A stretch of 64,000 bases of DNA, taken from positions 28,458,001 through 28,522,000 of the forward strand of contig NC_092674.1 of NCBI RefSeq assembly GCF_964355755.1. Direction: 5' to 3'. Under the pieces are notes generated by a model, which was given only the letters and a program-made list of their open reading frames with translations, made no database searches and had not been told where the DNA came from. Source of the stretch: Antedon mediterranea (Eukaryota > Animalia > Echinodermata). The position numbers were made by a program, and so were the translations under genes. Positions 23,554 to 36,800 of this stretch are shown here, piece after piece (the first letter of the stretch is position 1; each line of letters opens with the position of its first letter).

Positions 23554-23725
23554 AGCGTGGTTCCCATAAAGCGTGGTTCCCACTAGCGACGCAACGCAAG
23601 CGTTTTAACCAATGACAAGCGAAGTTATAGACAGTTAGCAATCACAAGCGAATAAGCGACCGCTTGTGATTGGTCAATTCACTTGCGTTGCGTTACGTCG
23701 TTGCGTCACTAGTGGGAACCACGCT
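23554..23725. mobile_element. MITE type B preceded by a partial duplicate TIR
   Basis: AGCGTGGTTCCCA-TAA-AGCGTGGTTCCCACTAG...GGGAACCACGCT-TAA. Confidence 0.85.
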
Positions 23726-24799
23726 TAAGGCACCCACATTCTTTTGATGTTTAGTGCGAACAGACCTTTAGGAATCAAAAGCTACTACAACAATACACAG
23801 ATAAAACATGCATTCACACAGCACCAATGTTATCCAGGCAGTTTCATTCTAGATTATTTACAAACTAGGAATTATGTACAAACATGGATACAGCATTAAA
23901 ATTATTTACAACAAATGCTTACATTTCCAAAAAAGCACAAAATAATACATTTGTCTATATACAAAAGCTTGTAAAATTATACAAAACTGTCCTCATAATT
24001 CTCAATTAACTATTCTTATTATAAAAATATTTTCAAAAATGCAGATATTTTCTTTCTACTAATTTTGAATTCTAAATATTATTATAGGTTGGTCTTTCAA
24101 AATATCAAAATAATTCTTTAAAAAGCTATTTACAAATTGAAAGATCCATTAAAATTAATATTTATATCTTTTGATCATTTTGTAACTATATACTAAGGGG
24201 AATGGATCAAGTTCATGGTGGAATTAAAATGAAAATTATTATATTATATGTACATACAATTTTTATTATTAATTAATTACTTTAATACATAATGTATCAC
24301 ACAGTATGAACTATGAATGACAACTGTAAAATTCAAACTTCTAAACTCGTAAAAATCATTTGAAGAAGAGAAAGTTTATAATTTGATTCGATAAATCTTT
24401 GATAATCTAAATATATTATGGAGTTTTCAATTGCACTATGTAGTATTAGACTATAAAGCAATGGAGCATAACAATCATCTGCACATGCTCACAAAGCATT
24501 ATGTGATTGTTTTGGATCTATATGGTATACATAGAGTTGACCTCCCTCTTACTTTTACAGATCCGTGGAATCACTCACTCCATAATTCCCGGAAGCTGTG
24601 ACCCCCTGAAAGACGAGCAATGTTATTGTTATAACATGGTTAAATTCTCATTAAAATACAAATATAACTATATACTATACTTCCCATATTTCCCAAAAAA
24701 GTCCTTATTCAACTCCCATATTTTATATTTATACATCCCATATCCATCCCATATCCTTCTCATATTTTAAACATATCTAAATATAAACTTCAATATAAT

Positions 24800-25147
24800 T
24801 ATTTTTTACTTCCAACATTCTATACTTCCTATAATCTATACTTCCCATCTACTACCTATATTCTTTACTTCCCATATTCTATACTTCCCATCTACTTCCT
24901 ATATTCTATACTTCCCACATTCTATACTTCCCATATTCTATACTTCCTATATTCTTTACTTCCCATATTCTATACTTCCCATCTACTTCCTATATTCTAT
25001 ACTTCCCATATTCTTTACTTCCCATCTACTTCCTATATTCTATACTTCCCATCTACTTCCTATATTCTATACTTCCTATATTCTATACTTCCCATCTACT
25101 TCCTATATTCTATACTTCCCACATTCTATACTTCCCATATTCTATAC
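24800..25147. repeat. (CTATACTTCCCATATT)n-like minisatellite, left part
   Basis: Mixed 16-bp and 11-bp units. The array resumes at 27132. Confidence 0.9.
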
Positions 25148-27131
25148 GGGACGGGATCCAGTCAAGTCGCCCCATCGCAAAGTCGCCCCATACAAAGTCG
25201 CCCAATACAAAGTTGCCCCATCGCAAAGTCGCCCCATCGCAAAGTCGCCCCGGCACATTCGCCCCATCGCAAAGTCGCCCTATTACAAAGTCGCCCCATC
25301 GCAAATTCGCCCCATCGCAAAGTCGCCCCAACGCAAAGTCGCCCCATCGCAAAGTCGCCCACGGTTTTAATCATATCGGTTGCGTTTGATATCGATTGCG
25401 TTGTTACTTTGGTCGCGCTAAATGTCGTATACATAATAATAATTATAATATTTACTATTATATACATAATTTGTGTTTTAATTTTTATTTTACAGGTTTT
25501 AATGGAGTGATGTGCTTTTTAAAAATCATTAAAAAAATAGTCCCTTGTTTGAAAGTTCTAAAAAGATTATCCCTGATTTATAGTTTTAAAAATGTTAATT
25601 TAATAGGATTTTAAAATTAGTTACCAGAGCCACAATTACGAATCTTTTTTCAACCTACGCGTAGATACCAGCTCATTTTTTAGGATAATATAATAAATGT
25701 ATACATGTGTAGTAGGCCTTCGTATAGATTTACAGTAGTTAAAACAATGAGTGTTATAGGCTACTTATTGATCATTTTGCATTTATTGACAAGTTATGTG
25801 TCTTAATTTTATAATGACTTTTCAAAATGAATAAAAAAAAAAAGGATTTCATCGCCGATATTTTACATGCAGGTATTTTAGTAAAATTTAAACGCTACAT
25901 TTTGACCATGGAAAAACCATCGTACAGTATCGTGTGCATATTTTTTAAAAAGGGGAATCCCCGACGGTCAGCAGAAAGACGTAGCAGCTGTGAGGAAACT
26001 GCAGATACCAGAAGGCGCGGCTCCGATTGGTTTCAGAGAATGTTTCAGATGGCGAGTCGCCTTTTATTCAACATTCTTTTCAACCCTTTTGGTTATAGAA
26101 CATTCTAATTATCATGCCTAATAAATATCCTCATATCGGGTGTTTATTTAATTTTAATTTAAACAAGACAGTGAAGAGGCACGGAATAATACGTACACGG
26201 ACGTACAACGAATACACACGCACGTCATCATTTATATACGACATAGTGGTGATATGATGCCATTTTATAATGGATATAATGATGGGATTGCCTTTCCAGG
26301 CTTACAATCAATGTTCATTGTAATACTATGTATATAATAGTAAACTGAATGTTTATAAATAAATTGTTTTACGTATAAAATAAAAGACACAGACGTAGCC
26401 TACGTTTCCTATAAAATATTTCACATTTAAATAATTATGTACTGTTAAATGACATTATGCTGGATAATACTATAATCTTAAACTATGTTTACAAATTGTA
26501 ATCATCTTGTAAACATCTTTCTCATCATACTGATATGTAAAATAAAAACAAAAATCAATTATTAATATAGGCCTAATAATAATAATAAATATTCATCGAC
26601 CAAAGTAAAAATAATCTAGATCGTATAACATCATTTTATCGCGACCAAAATTAAACGCGACCGATTTCGAACGCAACTGATATCATCGTAAAACTCCGGC
26701 GGGGTTTCCCCATTTCAGATGGTGCGTTGTAGTGCGACAACGGCGGAGTAATTACGGGGTTTCCCTCTGGTAAAGCTAGCACGTTAGTGCGACCGCGGAG
26801 TGATTGGGGGCTTCCTCTCTGATGATGGAGGTGCGCGCCGATCGTGTGACCTGAGACTTTCCGTGTTATTTTGTGTATCATTGCGACATTTTACGCACTT
26901 GTAAACTATTTTTTAACGTTTTGGGGCGACTTTGCGATAGGGCGACTTTGCGATGGGGCGACTTTGCGATGGGGCGACTTTGCGTTGGGGCGACTTTGCG
27001 TTGGGGCGACTTTGCGTTGGGGCGACTTTGCAATGGGGCGACTGTGTCGGGGCGACTTTGCGATGGGGCGACTGTGTAAGGGGCGACTTTGTATGGGGCG
27101 ACTTTGCGATGGGGCGACTTAACTAGCATCC
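25148..27131. mobile_element. ~2-kb foldback-type non-autonomous DNA transposon whose long TIRs are built of 16-bp tandem units
   Basis: Left GGATCCAGTC(AAGTCGCCCCATCGCA)n at 25154-25360. Right inverted array (TGCGATGGGGCGACTT)n AACTAGCATCC at 26923-27131. No transposase ORF inside. Confidence 0.85.
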
Positions 27132-27830
27132 TTCTATACTTCCCACATTCTATACTTCCTATATTCTTTACTTCCCACATTCTATACTTCCCACATTCTA
27201 TACTTCCCATATTCTATACTTCCCATCTACTTCCCATATTCTATACTTCCTATATTCTTTACTTCCCCCATTCTATACTTCCCATCTACTTCCCATATTC
27301 TATACTTCCCATATTCTATACTTCCCATATTCTATACTTCCTATATTCTTTACTTCCCACATTCTATACTTCCCATATTCTATACTTCCCATATTCTTTA
27401 CTTCCCATATTCTATACTTCCCATCTACTTCCCATATTCTATACTTCCCATCTACTTCCCATATTCTATACTTCCCATATTCTATACTTCCCATCTACTT
27501 CCCATATTCTATACTTCCCATATTCTATACTTCCCATCTAATTCCTATATTCTATATTTCCTATATTCTATATTTCTCATATTTTATACTTCCTACATTA
27601 TATTACTTCCCATATTCTTTCTGTACTTCCCACATTCTATACTTCCTATATTATTTCTGTACTTCCCAATTTGTTTCTATACTTCCCATTTTCTTTCTAT
27701 ATCTCCCACATTCTGTACTTCCTATATTCCATACTTCCTAATTTCTTTCTATACTTCCTATTTTCTTTCTATACTTCCTATTTTCTTTCTATACTTCCCA
27801 TATTCTATACTTCCTATTTTCGTTCTATAC
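27132..27830. repeat. (CTATACTTCCCATATT)n-like minisatellite, right part
   Basis: Same units as 24800-25147, decaying distally. Confidence 0.9.
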
Positions 27831-28086
27831 ATCTCACATGGATACACCAAGAACAATTGTTATACAACTAAAAATTAAAATCCAGACATGATTTTGTACT
27901 ACAGTATTACCAAAAAAATATCTCACGATAAAACTTAAACACCAAGCAAAAACATCAACAACTACAGCACAATACCATTACATTAATTTGTTCTACATAT
28001 TATAAAAAAGATACAATGATGAGGAGACTATAAGACGATGGAGATAAGATTTTGATGATTCGTTGTATCATCATTTGAAATGTGAA

Positions 28087-30770
28087 TCAGCATATGATCG
28101 GCTTTAGGGAAATCTTGACAATGCCTGGAGTATTTTCATAAAACCTAGTAAAACAACAAAATAATTAATATTAATGCAATAATAACAAACATGAATTAAT
28201 AAACAAATCAGCTAAACAATAAATATCAATTAATTTATGTTCTAAACAATATTACTGTATATTTTATCTTTTCATTCAAATATATTTGGAAAACTGCATT
28301 CCTAAGAATTGAACAGCAGTTACAGTTACTTCATGGCAGCAGAAACAAAGTATAAACATGTATGTGCATCTGCATTTTGCTTTAAGAACCAGAGGTCACA
28401 TTTATCAAACTTGCTTAGCAAAACAATCATTTTGACTTTCTTTAAGATGATTTTGGTTAAGTCACTTTTCAAAATAACTTTAACAAGTGTGCATATTTTT
28501 TTGTGCTAATCTTAGATGAAAGTCCATTTCTTAGGATAAAAAGAATTGGTATGATAAAAAAAAGTATCATTTTTCACTTAAAAAATATTTAATTATCTTT
28601 ACACTTAAGTGAAAAGATTGCTAAAAGTCAGACATGGAGAAAAAAAACTTACTGATAATTGTGTTTTTTTAGATGTTCTTGGACAGCTTGTCTAATTCTA
28701 GCAATACCTTGAGGGCTGTTCTTGCCTCTCCCTGTTATCACAGACAAGTGGAGAGTCTTTGGCTTTTGTTCCATCACCTTCAGTTCCTGCTTCTTCTTCA
28801 ACAAAGCTTCCTCCAACACTTTGATGGCTTCATCAACGTGAAAATGATGCAAGTCTAGAATGTTCGACTTTAAGTAGTTCTTATTTCTAAGTTAAGTGGA
28901 GAAATAAAATTATATTAAAAATGGCATGTACCTAAATAGAGGGAATCACAGACAAGTATGATATAGAGTAAAATATATCAACGCAAAAGAGAATAACATT
29001 TTTTTTTTAATTGCTGGTAAGAAAAGCCATTGTTATTAAATTTCCATTTTGTTGGTTTTAATTTATTTAGGTGACCAACCAGTTCGTTGGTCTACCTTTC
29101 AATCAGTATAGATATTTCATAGAAATATGGTTCTGGAGTATGATAAAAACAATTTGATATAGAGTTGGAATAACACTCTGTCTACACTTTATGCTACAAA
29201 AAAATGTGATATGCCCATTATATGGACACCATCACACGTTTTTGTGTTAGATTGTCTAGAGATTCTAACAAAAAATAAATGAAAACTCACAAAGTCTGAT
29301 GGATCCTGTTAGCTGCATCTTGATTTGCCTCTTTGATTTTCTCTTTATGTTCACGACCCTTCATTAAAAAAAGACCAACATTACTGTAGATGTTTGTTTT
29401 AACAAACCTATATTATATACAGAAATATCAATCAAAAATTGGTAAAAATTTAAAAGAAGATGTGTTAACTAACCTTTTCGGCATAATAGGAAGCAAGTTG
29501 TCCCTGTCCTTTCTGGTATGCCTCAGACGCTTTTTGTAAACATTCAGCCTGGAGTCGCCTGTGCAGAATAGCATTCACACGGAAATCCACATACTCTGCA
29601 TCGTCCGGGTAATCAATATCCAACTCTTCATTCTATTTATGTAAATAAAAATTGATTTATAAAACATTGTTAAAATTATCTTGGTATTATGTATATAAAC
29701 AATACAATAATTAACAATATTAAAACATTAAAAATGCAATTTCGTTATTGATTGATAACTATTGGTTTATATTGTGTAAAAAACTATAATCAATTTTTCC
29801 CCCAAGTATTCTCAATGTACTTTAGAACGTCAAAGTAGGGCAAAACATCTGACCAATTATATTTAACTAATGAAAGCAGTTGAGTAACGTAGAGGTCTGA
29901 GGTAGCTGGTTTAGGGACGCTAAGTGGCCCTCCAACACTGGAAGCCTCGGCCGTTTTTTTGCCTTATTCGACATATTTTAATGCCTTATTTCTCCTCTTG
30001 CACTGCTCAGGGCCTCTATAAGCTCAGGGGCCCCTGGGTTTAGCCAGTGAGCGCTCATAGCTGTTACGTCACTAATTTAAAGTAACTACTGTAAATATTA
30101 CAAATTCATTGATTTTACCTTATCAAGTTGGTAGTCAACCGTGTCAGAGGTCGCCTTCTGGATGTCTTCTTCTGCCTGAAGCAGCAGCTGTTTCTCAAGC
30201 TCTTCTCTTGCTTTGGCAGAGAGCACGATGTGGATTGGTTCAGGATGCAAGTTGTACGAGCTCTCAATATTACGAATGGTATTACTAAGATTGTACCTAT
30301 AAAATAAAATATAAATTAATATTAATATTTAATTTACAGTACGACATTATTCTGGGAAAAAATTAGGACACTAGCCTAAGGAATGAAGGGTTAATTACTA
30401 AGTATCCAATTAAAAGTTAAAACTGTCATGGGTTACTCCACATGATCATGTAAACGACAAGTTAACCTGCTGTTGACAAAAATAACAAGATTCCCACTGG
30501 AGCACAGAAAACCTCTCAACACTTACTGGTTAGCAGAGAAGAGGTTCTCTAAAACATCTTTATCAATTTTTGGAAATCTTTTGAACAGCATGTCTCTCTT
30601 AATTTTTGTAGCAAGGAACGATTCATCTGGTAGTGGCTGAAACTGAAAATAAAAGTGTGATGCAGTTGTCAATTCTTCAATCAATCAATCAATCCATCAA
30701 CCAATCCATTAATCAATCCTTCACTCCATCAATCAATCTAACACCAATCAATCACTTCATCAATCAATCC

Positions 30771-30801
<31 letters not shown>

Positions 30802-33800
30802 CATCCATCCATCCACCAATCAATCAATACCAATTTAATGCAGTATACATACAAGATCGTTCACTAGTTGTAGATTTCTTTCTTGATCCATAATCTCTCT
30901 TAGACCAATCTCCTCACTGCCTTCATTCAAACCTGGTTGGTGGTAACTGGCCGTGCCGTCCGGCCTAATGTCCACCATATTGGGTTGATAGTTGTGACCG
31001 CTTCTTAACCAGGGTCGGCGCTTCAATGTGGTCAGCTTTGCTTCTTGCACCTCTTTCATGTGGAGGTAGTCTTCTTCTTGTTGTAGCTTCTTTGCAAAAT
31101 CTTCGTCTAACATAGTTTTGAAAAATTAGAATTACTACCAAGCACAGTAATATCAATAACTAAAGGTATAAGCCCACTCTGTTATAAGCCCGCTCTGGGA
31201 TAAAATATATGTTCCAAATTTAGATACAAATTTTTTTTACATTTTTTCCTTTCTACACATACTGTACTGACCAGCACATACATTGATGTACTTCAGACAG
31301 ATGCTGGTGTGCAGAGAGAAGAACTGGCTGTCACAATGGCAGATAGGAAGTTATGGAGGAATAGACTAGTCACATAAGTTTGTCCCGGACTAAGTAAATA
31401 GTAAGTACATATACTCAAATATAGACAGGCAGTAAGTCTGTCATTTCAATAAAAGAAAAAATGTTCAACTACAAATTCATGAATTAATTTATTAGTATTT
31501 AGTATTGATATTGCAACTCTACCTGCTTTTAACTTTCCAATGTTGGTAGAAATGTTCTCAGCTAAATATTTGTTCTTTAAAGTTTCCAACCACGCGTTGT
31601 AGATCCTTGATGTAAGGTCATGTGGTAATGCTACTTGTAGGTCTTCCGCAGCCGCCAGTCCTAAATTAGTGGGAAATTAAACAATTTATTTAGCCAGGGG
31701 CCTTTGCCCACTACATTACGCCACTATAGCAATGAGCGGTCACTGGCTAAACCTAGGGGCCCAGAGCGTAAACAGTTCAATGTAACTAAACAGATTAAGA
31801 GTTCAAAACCAAAGGCCTTTGCCCACTGTGTTATGCCACTGGTTAGTACCTACTCTATAAAGTATTATCTATAAGACACTACAATGTATAGGATATTCTA
31901 ATATATGCGTACAATTTGGGACATTTGGCGACAGTTTAAAGGGTCTTTCACACCTGTTCCAGCACGGTTATAGGCTCGGCGCCGGCAAATTGGACGTCAA
32001 TTTATCGTATTTCAAGATGCTGCATGCGGCTATACCGCAATCGATATGCATATAGCTGTTTGAAAACGAAACATTGATGTTTGATTTGAGTTGCCGGCGC
32101 CGGACCGGGAACAGTGTCAGAACAGGTGTGAAAGACCCTCTAGCCAAGCTGATTGTAAAACCATTTCAGTAAAACAACTTTAGGAATATTATTTTACCTA
32201 AATCTGCAAATGATCCGTCTCCAAATCGCTCATGTAATTTCCTTAAAAACGATGCATCTAGTTGTAAAACAAGAAGTCTTTCCTTTTCGGGGTTAGTGTC
32301 TTTAGCAACATTTAAACTATCTTGCTCTTGTGAAGCATTCGATGCAACATCCAAATCAGTGGCGGTGGAAGAAGGAATACAAGGATTCGAAGGAGAGCTT
32401 TCCTCTTGTAAAGCTGTCGCTCTTTCCTTAGAAGGTTCATCCATCAAGCTACTGCCAGCAGATGTCGTTTGCTGTGCAGGGCTACTATTCGGTTGACATA
32501 AGTTCGAGTCTAATAGAATTTCGCTAGCCCATTGGGTGTTGTTATCACACTGCTCAAGAACGTGCAGAAGATCCTCTTTAGGGACAGAAGGAAAACAACT
32601 TAGAAATGTTTTGATTTCTTCATCATAGTAATCATCAGTCTCAAAGTCTAAGGTCATTGAACCTTTGTCTAGCGTCGCTATTAAAGGAATGCCTGGTGCT
32701 GAGTCGCAACACTCACTTGGAATAAAATTTGAACGAACAGCGGTTAAAACAGTCACATCCTGAAGTAAATCTATATCTTGAAGTCCAGCTTCGATTCTCT
32801 GCAGTAAAGCAAAGTCTATTGGATATACATTTACTGCAGCAGCTTTACTAGTTACTGCAGTAACTTTGTCATTTGATTCTAATTGGTTCACATCATCGAA
32901 AAATATGTCTGGTTCAACCTCAAACGAATCTCCATGTATGTTTCTGTCGATTTCGTCATCATCACTTATTTCTATTTTATCTTCTTTGATAAGAGAATGA
33001 ATACGTTTCTTATTACTGATTCTCTTGGTTTCTGTACTAGTCGCTTGGTGAAGTGGTCCATCAGGGGGCACCTTCTTAATCTTCACCTCTGACCTTTGAT
33101 CTACAGAACTTTCCCCCGTAGTGTTAAAAGCAGTGCAGATGACAGGTGAAACAACGTTCCCCAATTTACGAACATGTGTTAAGCGCTGTTGAGCTGTTGA
33201 CAACATTTGACCTCTCTGTGCCTCGAGTTTGTTGACATCGTTTTCCTGCTTGCAACCATTTTTTATTTGGTTGTGTTCAGTCTGTTTGTTCAAATCTTTT
33301 TGGTCACAATTGTCATTATTTGCGTTGTTCTCGGCTATGGTTCGTGTATTGATAGTTTTCACAATCATTTCTGAATTATTTTTCCATCCCATAACTTTTT
33401 CTACTGTCATTTCGGGATCATAATTGTCAAGTAACAATGTTATTCTTTCTTTTGGAACCCCATGAACACATCGCCTGTATATAATAAAATATAATGCAAA
33501 TAAAAATTATTTTATAGATACACTTGCTTGTTTGTTGGTAATATTTATAAAATACACAATACAATACATTATAGTTTTAAATTAACAAAATCATACAAAA
33601 ACTAAATAATTATACAGTTATGGAATAGCAGAGGATAAAGTTTGTTTCAGAGGGGCACTGATGAATTAATTTTAAAAATTTAAAATTTTTTAATTAATTG
33701 ATTAAATTATTTAAATTGTCAAAATCACTCCTAGCAACCACTAACATCCAGTCATTTCCAGATGAAGACTTGTTGACAACAAGTTGAAATGTCGTATTAT

Positions 33801-36800
33801 TTACAGGTTTAATGTAAAGAGTGGTATACAAATGATTATTTTATTTCATTCAATCAAAGCCAAGCAATAATCACCGCCACTAACAGGTTTGATACAAACA
33901 AAGCCAGGACTGTTTAAAGCACCTTGATTGGTCCTAACATTGATCAAGGGCTTCTCTCGTCCAGTGCCCAATAAGCCAATACGTCTGATGTTTACTTTTA
34001 AAGCAAACAAATATAAATCAATGAATATTATATGGTCTTACTTTGCCAACTGATTTGGATTCCGTTTCCATGGCGTATCTGGTTCCCTTATCACAACATG
34101 ATAATACATCTTTTTTGCCTTTAAAAGAATAAAAAATACAAACGATGTGATTTCATTCTAATCTTCAATAAAAAGTCAGAATACATCCAATAGATTAACA
34201 AATACACTTTCAATCTACATATTATAAATAAAAAGCAATTTAAAAATAGTGCTTAATTGTGACAAAATGACTAAATTATACAAGTAGTATTGAAAGAGGA
34301 CATTTTATGGTTTACATTGTCACATTAAAGATGTTTGTCCCCTGAAAAATTAATTCTTAAAAATGTTTCTGTGGAATATGCCATTTTAATGTCGCATAAT
34401 ATTTATTCACTTTGACCAAAAATTGGACAGAAAAAAAATAATTTACCAGAAAAAAACTGTAATTAAAGCAAAAAATAGTCAAATTGGCTGCCAGGCATTG
34501 TGTTTTTGGTTGATTTTAAAAGTTTATTTTGTCATTTTATAACTGAAAACATTTTTTTTTTTCATTTTTTTTTTCTACTGAAGTAATTAACTTTGTTTAA
34601 ACTACAAAATACCATATTTAAAGCCTGATTTTATTATTCTTCATTTTTCATGTTTTTGGGGGACAATACATTTTTAACTGGTCCCCAATTAGAGTTAATT
34701 AAGATAAGGGTTAGCTACACATTATGGGTTGTAATTGGGTTATAGCAAAGTTCTCCTTACTATGAATTAAATATTTATTTTCATGACGTAAGCAATACTG
34801 TTTTATCATGTATTGTATGTATAACATGCAACAGGCTGAAAAGTGAAGGAAGAATGAAGAAAGAAAAGAGAAAGAGAAAGAGAAAGGGAAGGGAAAAAAA
34901 GAAAGAAAGAAAGAAAGATATAATTATTAATTATACTATTATTGAATAGACACTTTCCTATAAAACAAACAAGAGGAAATGTAAGTTTTAACACTAGGTG
35001 TATTACCCCTAGTTATAACACAGACAATTCCTATTCAAGAGACATCCCTATTCAGGGGACACTTTGTATGGTCCCAAAGGTGTCCCCTTAATAGGGGTTC
35101 TACACATAATAATAGACACCATTTTGAACAAAAATGTAAAACATACAAATTGCTTGTGATTTGTATACACTATTATATCCTTTTAGCTTGTTCATTGTAC
35201 ATTGTTAATGCTTACTGACCTTGTAAAATCATTATGTAGAGAAGTAGTCAAGTTCTTAGAATGCTTTTGTATGCATTAGTTCACAGTAATTGACAATACA
35301 GGATGCAAATAAGAGATTTCAATCATGAATTCATATAACACAGAATGTGTATAGAACTCTAATAAACTGTTTGAATGGCAATAACACATTTATTACATTA
35401 TGGCTCAAACATTTACCCTTTAGCAATTGGTTGAAAGCACATCACATGCTTAGTAAATATGTTCTAACATGGAGAACTTACCATGTCTATGTATGGCCTC
35501 ATTTCATGTTTTTGTATGTTTGTATTATCAACTATTACAGGAGTTATTCCTTTCTCTAAAGCCTCATAGACTGAAATAGAAAATTGAATACAAGTACTGT
35601 ATAAGCTCTGTCTACACTATCACATTTTATGTGACAACAAATGTGATGTGCCCATACACAGGTATGGAAATGATGATGTCATATCACTACTATATTTGTG
35701 CACATCACTGCCATATTTGGGCACATCAGACTTTATTTGCAAATTGAATTATCAAGTTCGTTTCATTTTTTAAAATTAATTTTCTTAATTTCATACGCAT
35801 CCAACAGCGACCACAAACTCGCCAATTACAGGATTGATAAACACTTATTTATCATGTTTATATTAACTAAGTCTCATTTGATGCTTAGGGAGTGGAGTTG
35901 AAAGAGTCGTGAGTTACAACCATGTCACTAGATCAGGATTGAACCCCGGACCTTGGGTTTGAAGGCAAGCATGTTAACCACCAAACTACAGCTCCACTTT
36001 ATTTCTTTGATGAGCATAAAATAAATACAATCAATTAAAACAAAAACAAGAAAGAGATGAAAAAATGCTGGGCAGATAAATAAGATATAAATAAAGATAA
36101 GGAATTCTGTGAGAATGAGAAAAAGCTGTCTAACCAAGATTCGAACCCGGAATCTTCTGCTTGATATGCAGGTGCCCTAGCCATTAGAACACTGGAGCTT
36201 TTACTGAACATAGATATTGTATTGATTATACGAATAGTGACTCTTAACACCATCAGTATATGAAATTTTAATTTGAGTTGTACAAACCTCTTTTCTGGTT
36301 CCATTCATGTGCCTTTGTTAACAGCTCTCTTTTATACTCGTAATCTCCATTACGTTTCATGAAATAATCATCTGTACTGTATATGGCTCCCTCTCTCTGC
36401 AACTTCCTAAAAAGTTAAGCAACTCAAGATTGATTGGCAGGCATAGGTGATCTATGGGGTGAGGGGGTGCCCCTAAATTTTGAAAATTATAATGCAAAAT
36501 GTAGGACAATTTACACCTCTCCCTGACCACCACCAAAAAAAACTTCCACCCCAATTTCAAAACTCTGGATCTGTCGGGGGCAGGGGTGTACAGTAAGCTC
36601 TAGTCAGTATTTATGATTAATTTCCACTGGCAATTAAATACAAATTATAATTATAATTTACCTGGCTAATGTAGTCTTTCCAGATCCTGGAAGGCCTCTC
36701 ATCAAGCATAACACTTTACCATCTGGTAATCTTTCTGGTTCTTCAGGACTAGTTGTTTCCGTCTTCTTCTGAGCTTTGTAATTTGTGGTTCGAATTTTCG

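Noticed and set aside
25110-27541. ORFs with WGDFA/RLCDG or ILYFP repeats
   Set aside because: Translations of the 16-bp TIR arrays and flanking minisatellite.
35930-36197. tRNA genes (also 44815, 46706, 52839)
   Set aside because: Cloverleaf stems are broken and each head is attached to a repeated body, as expected for SINEs.
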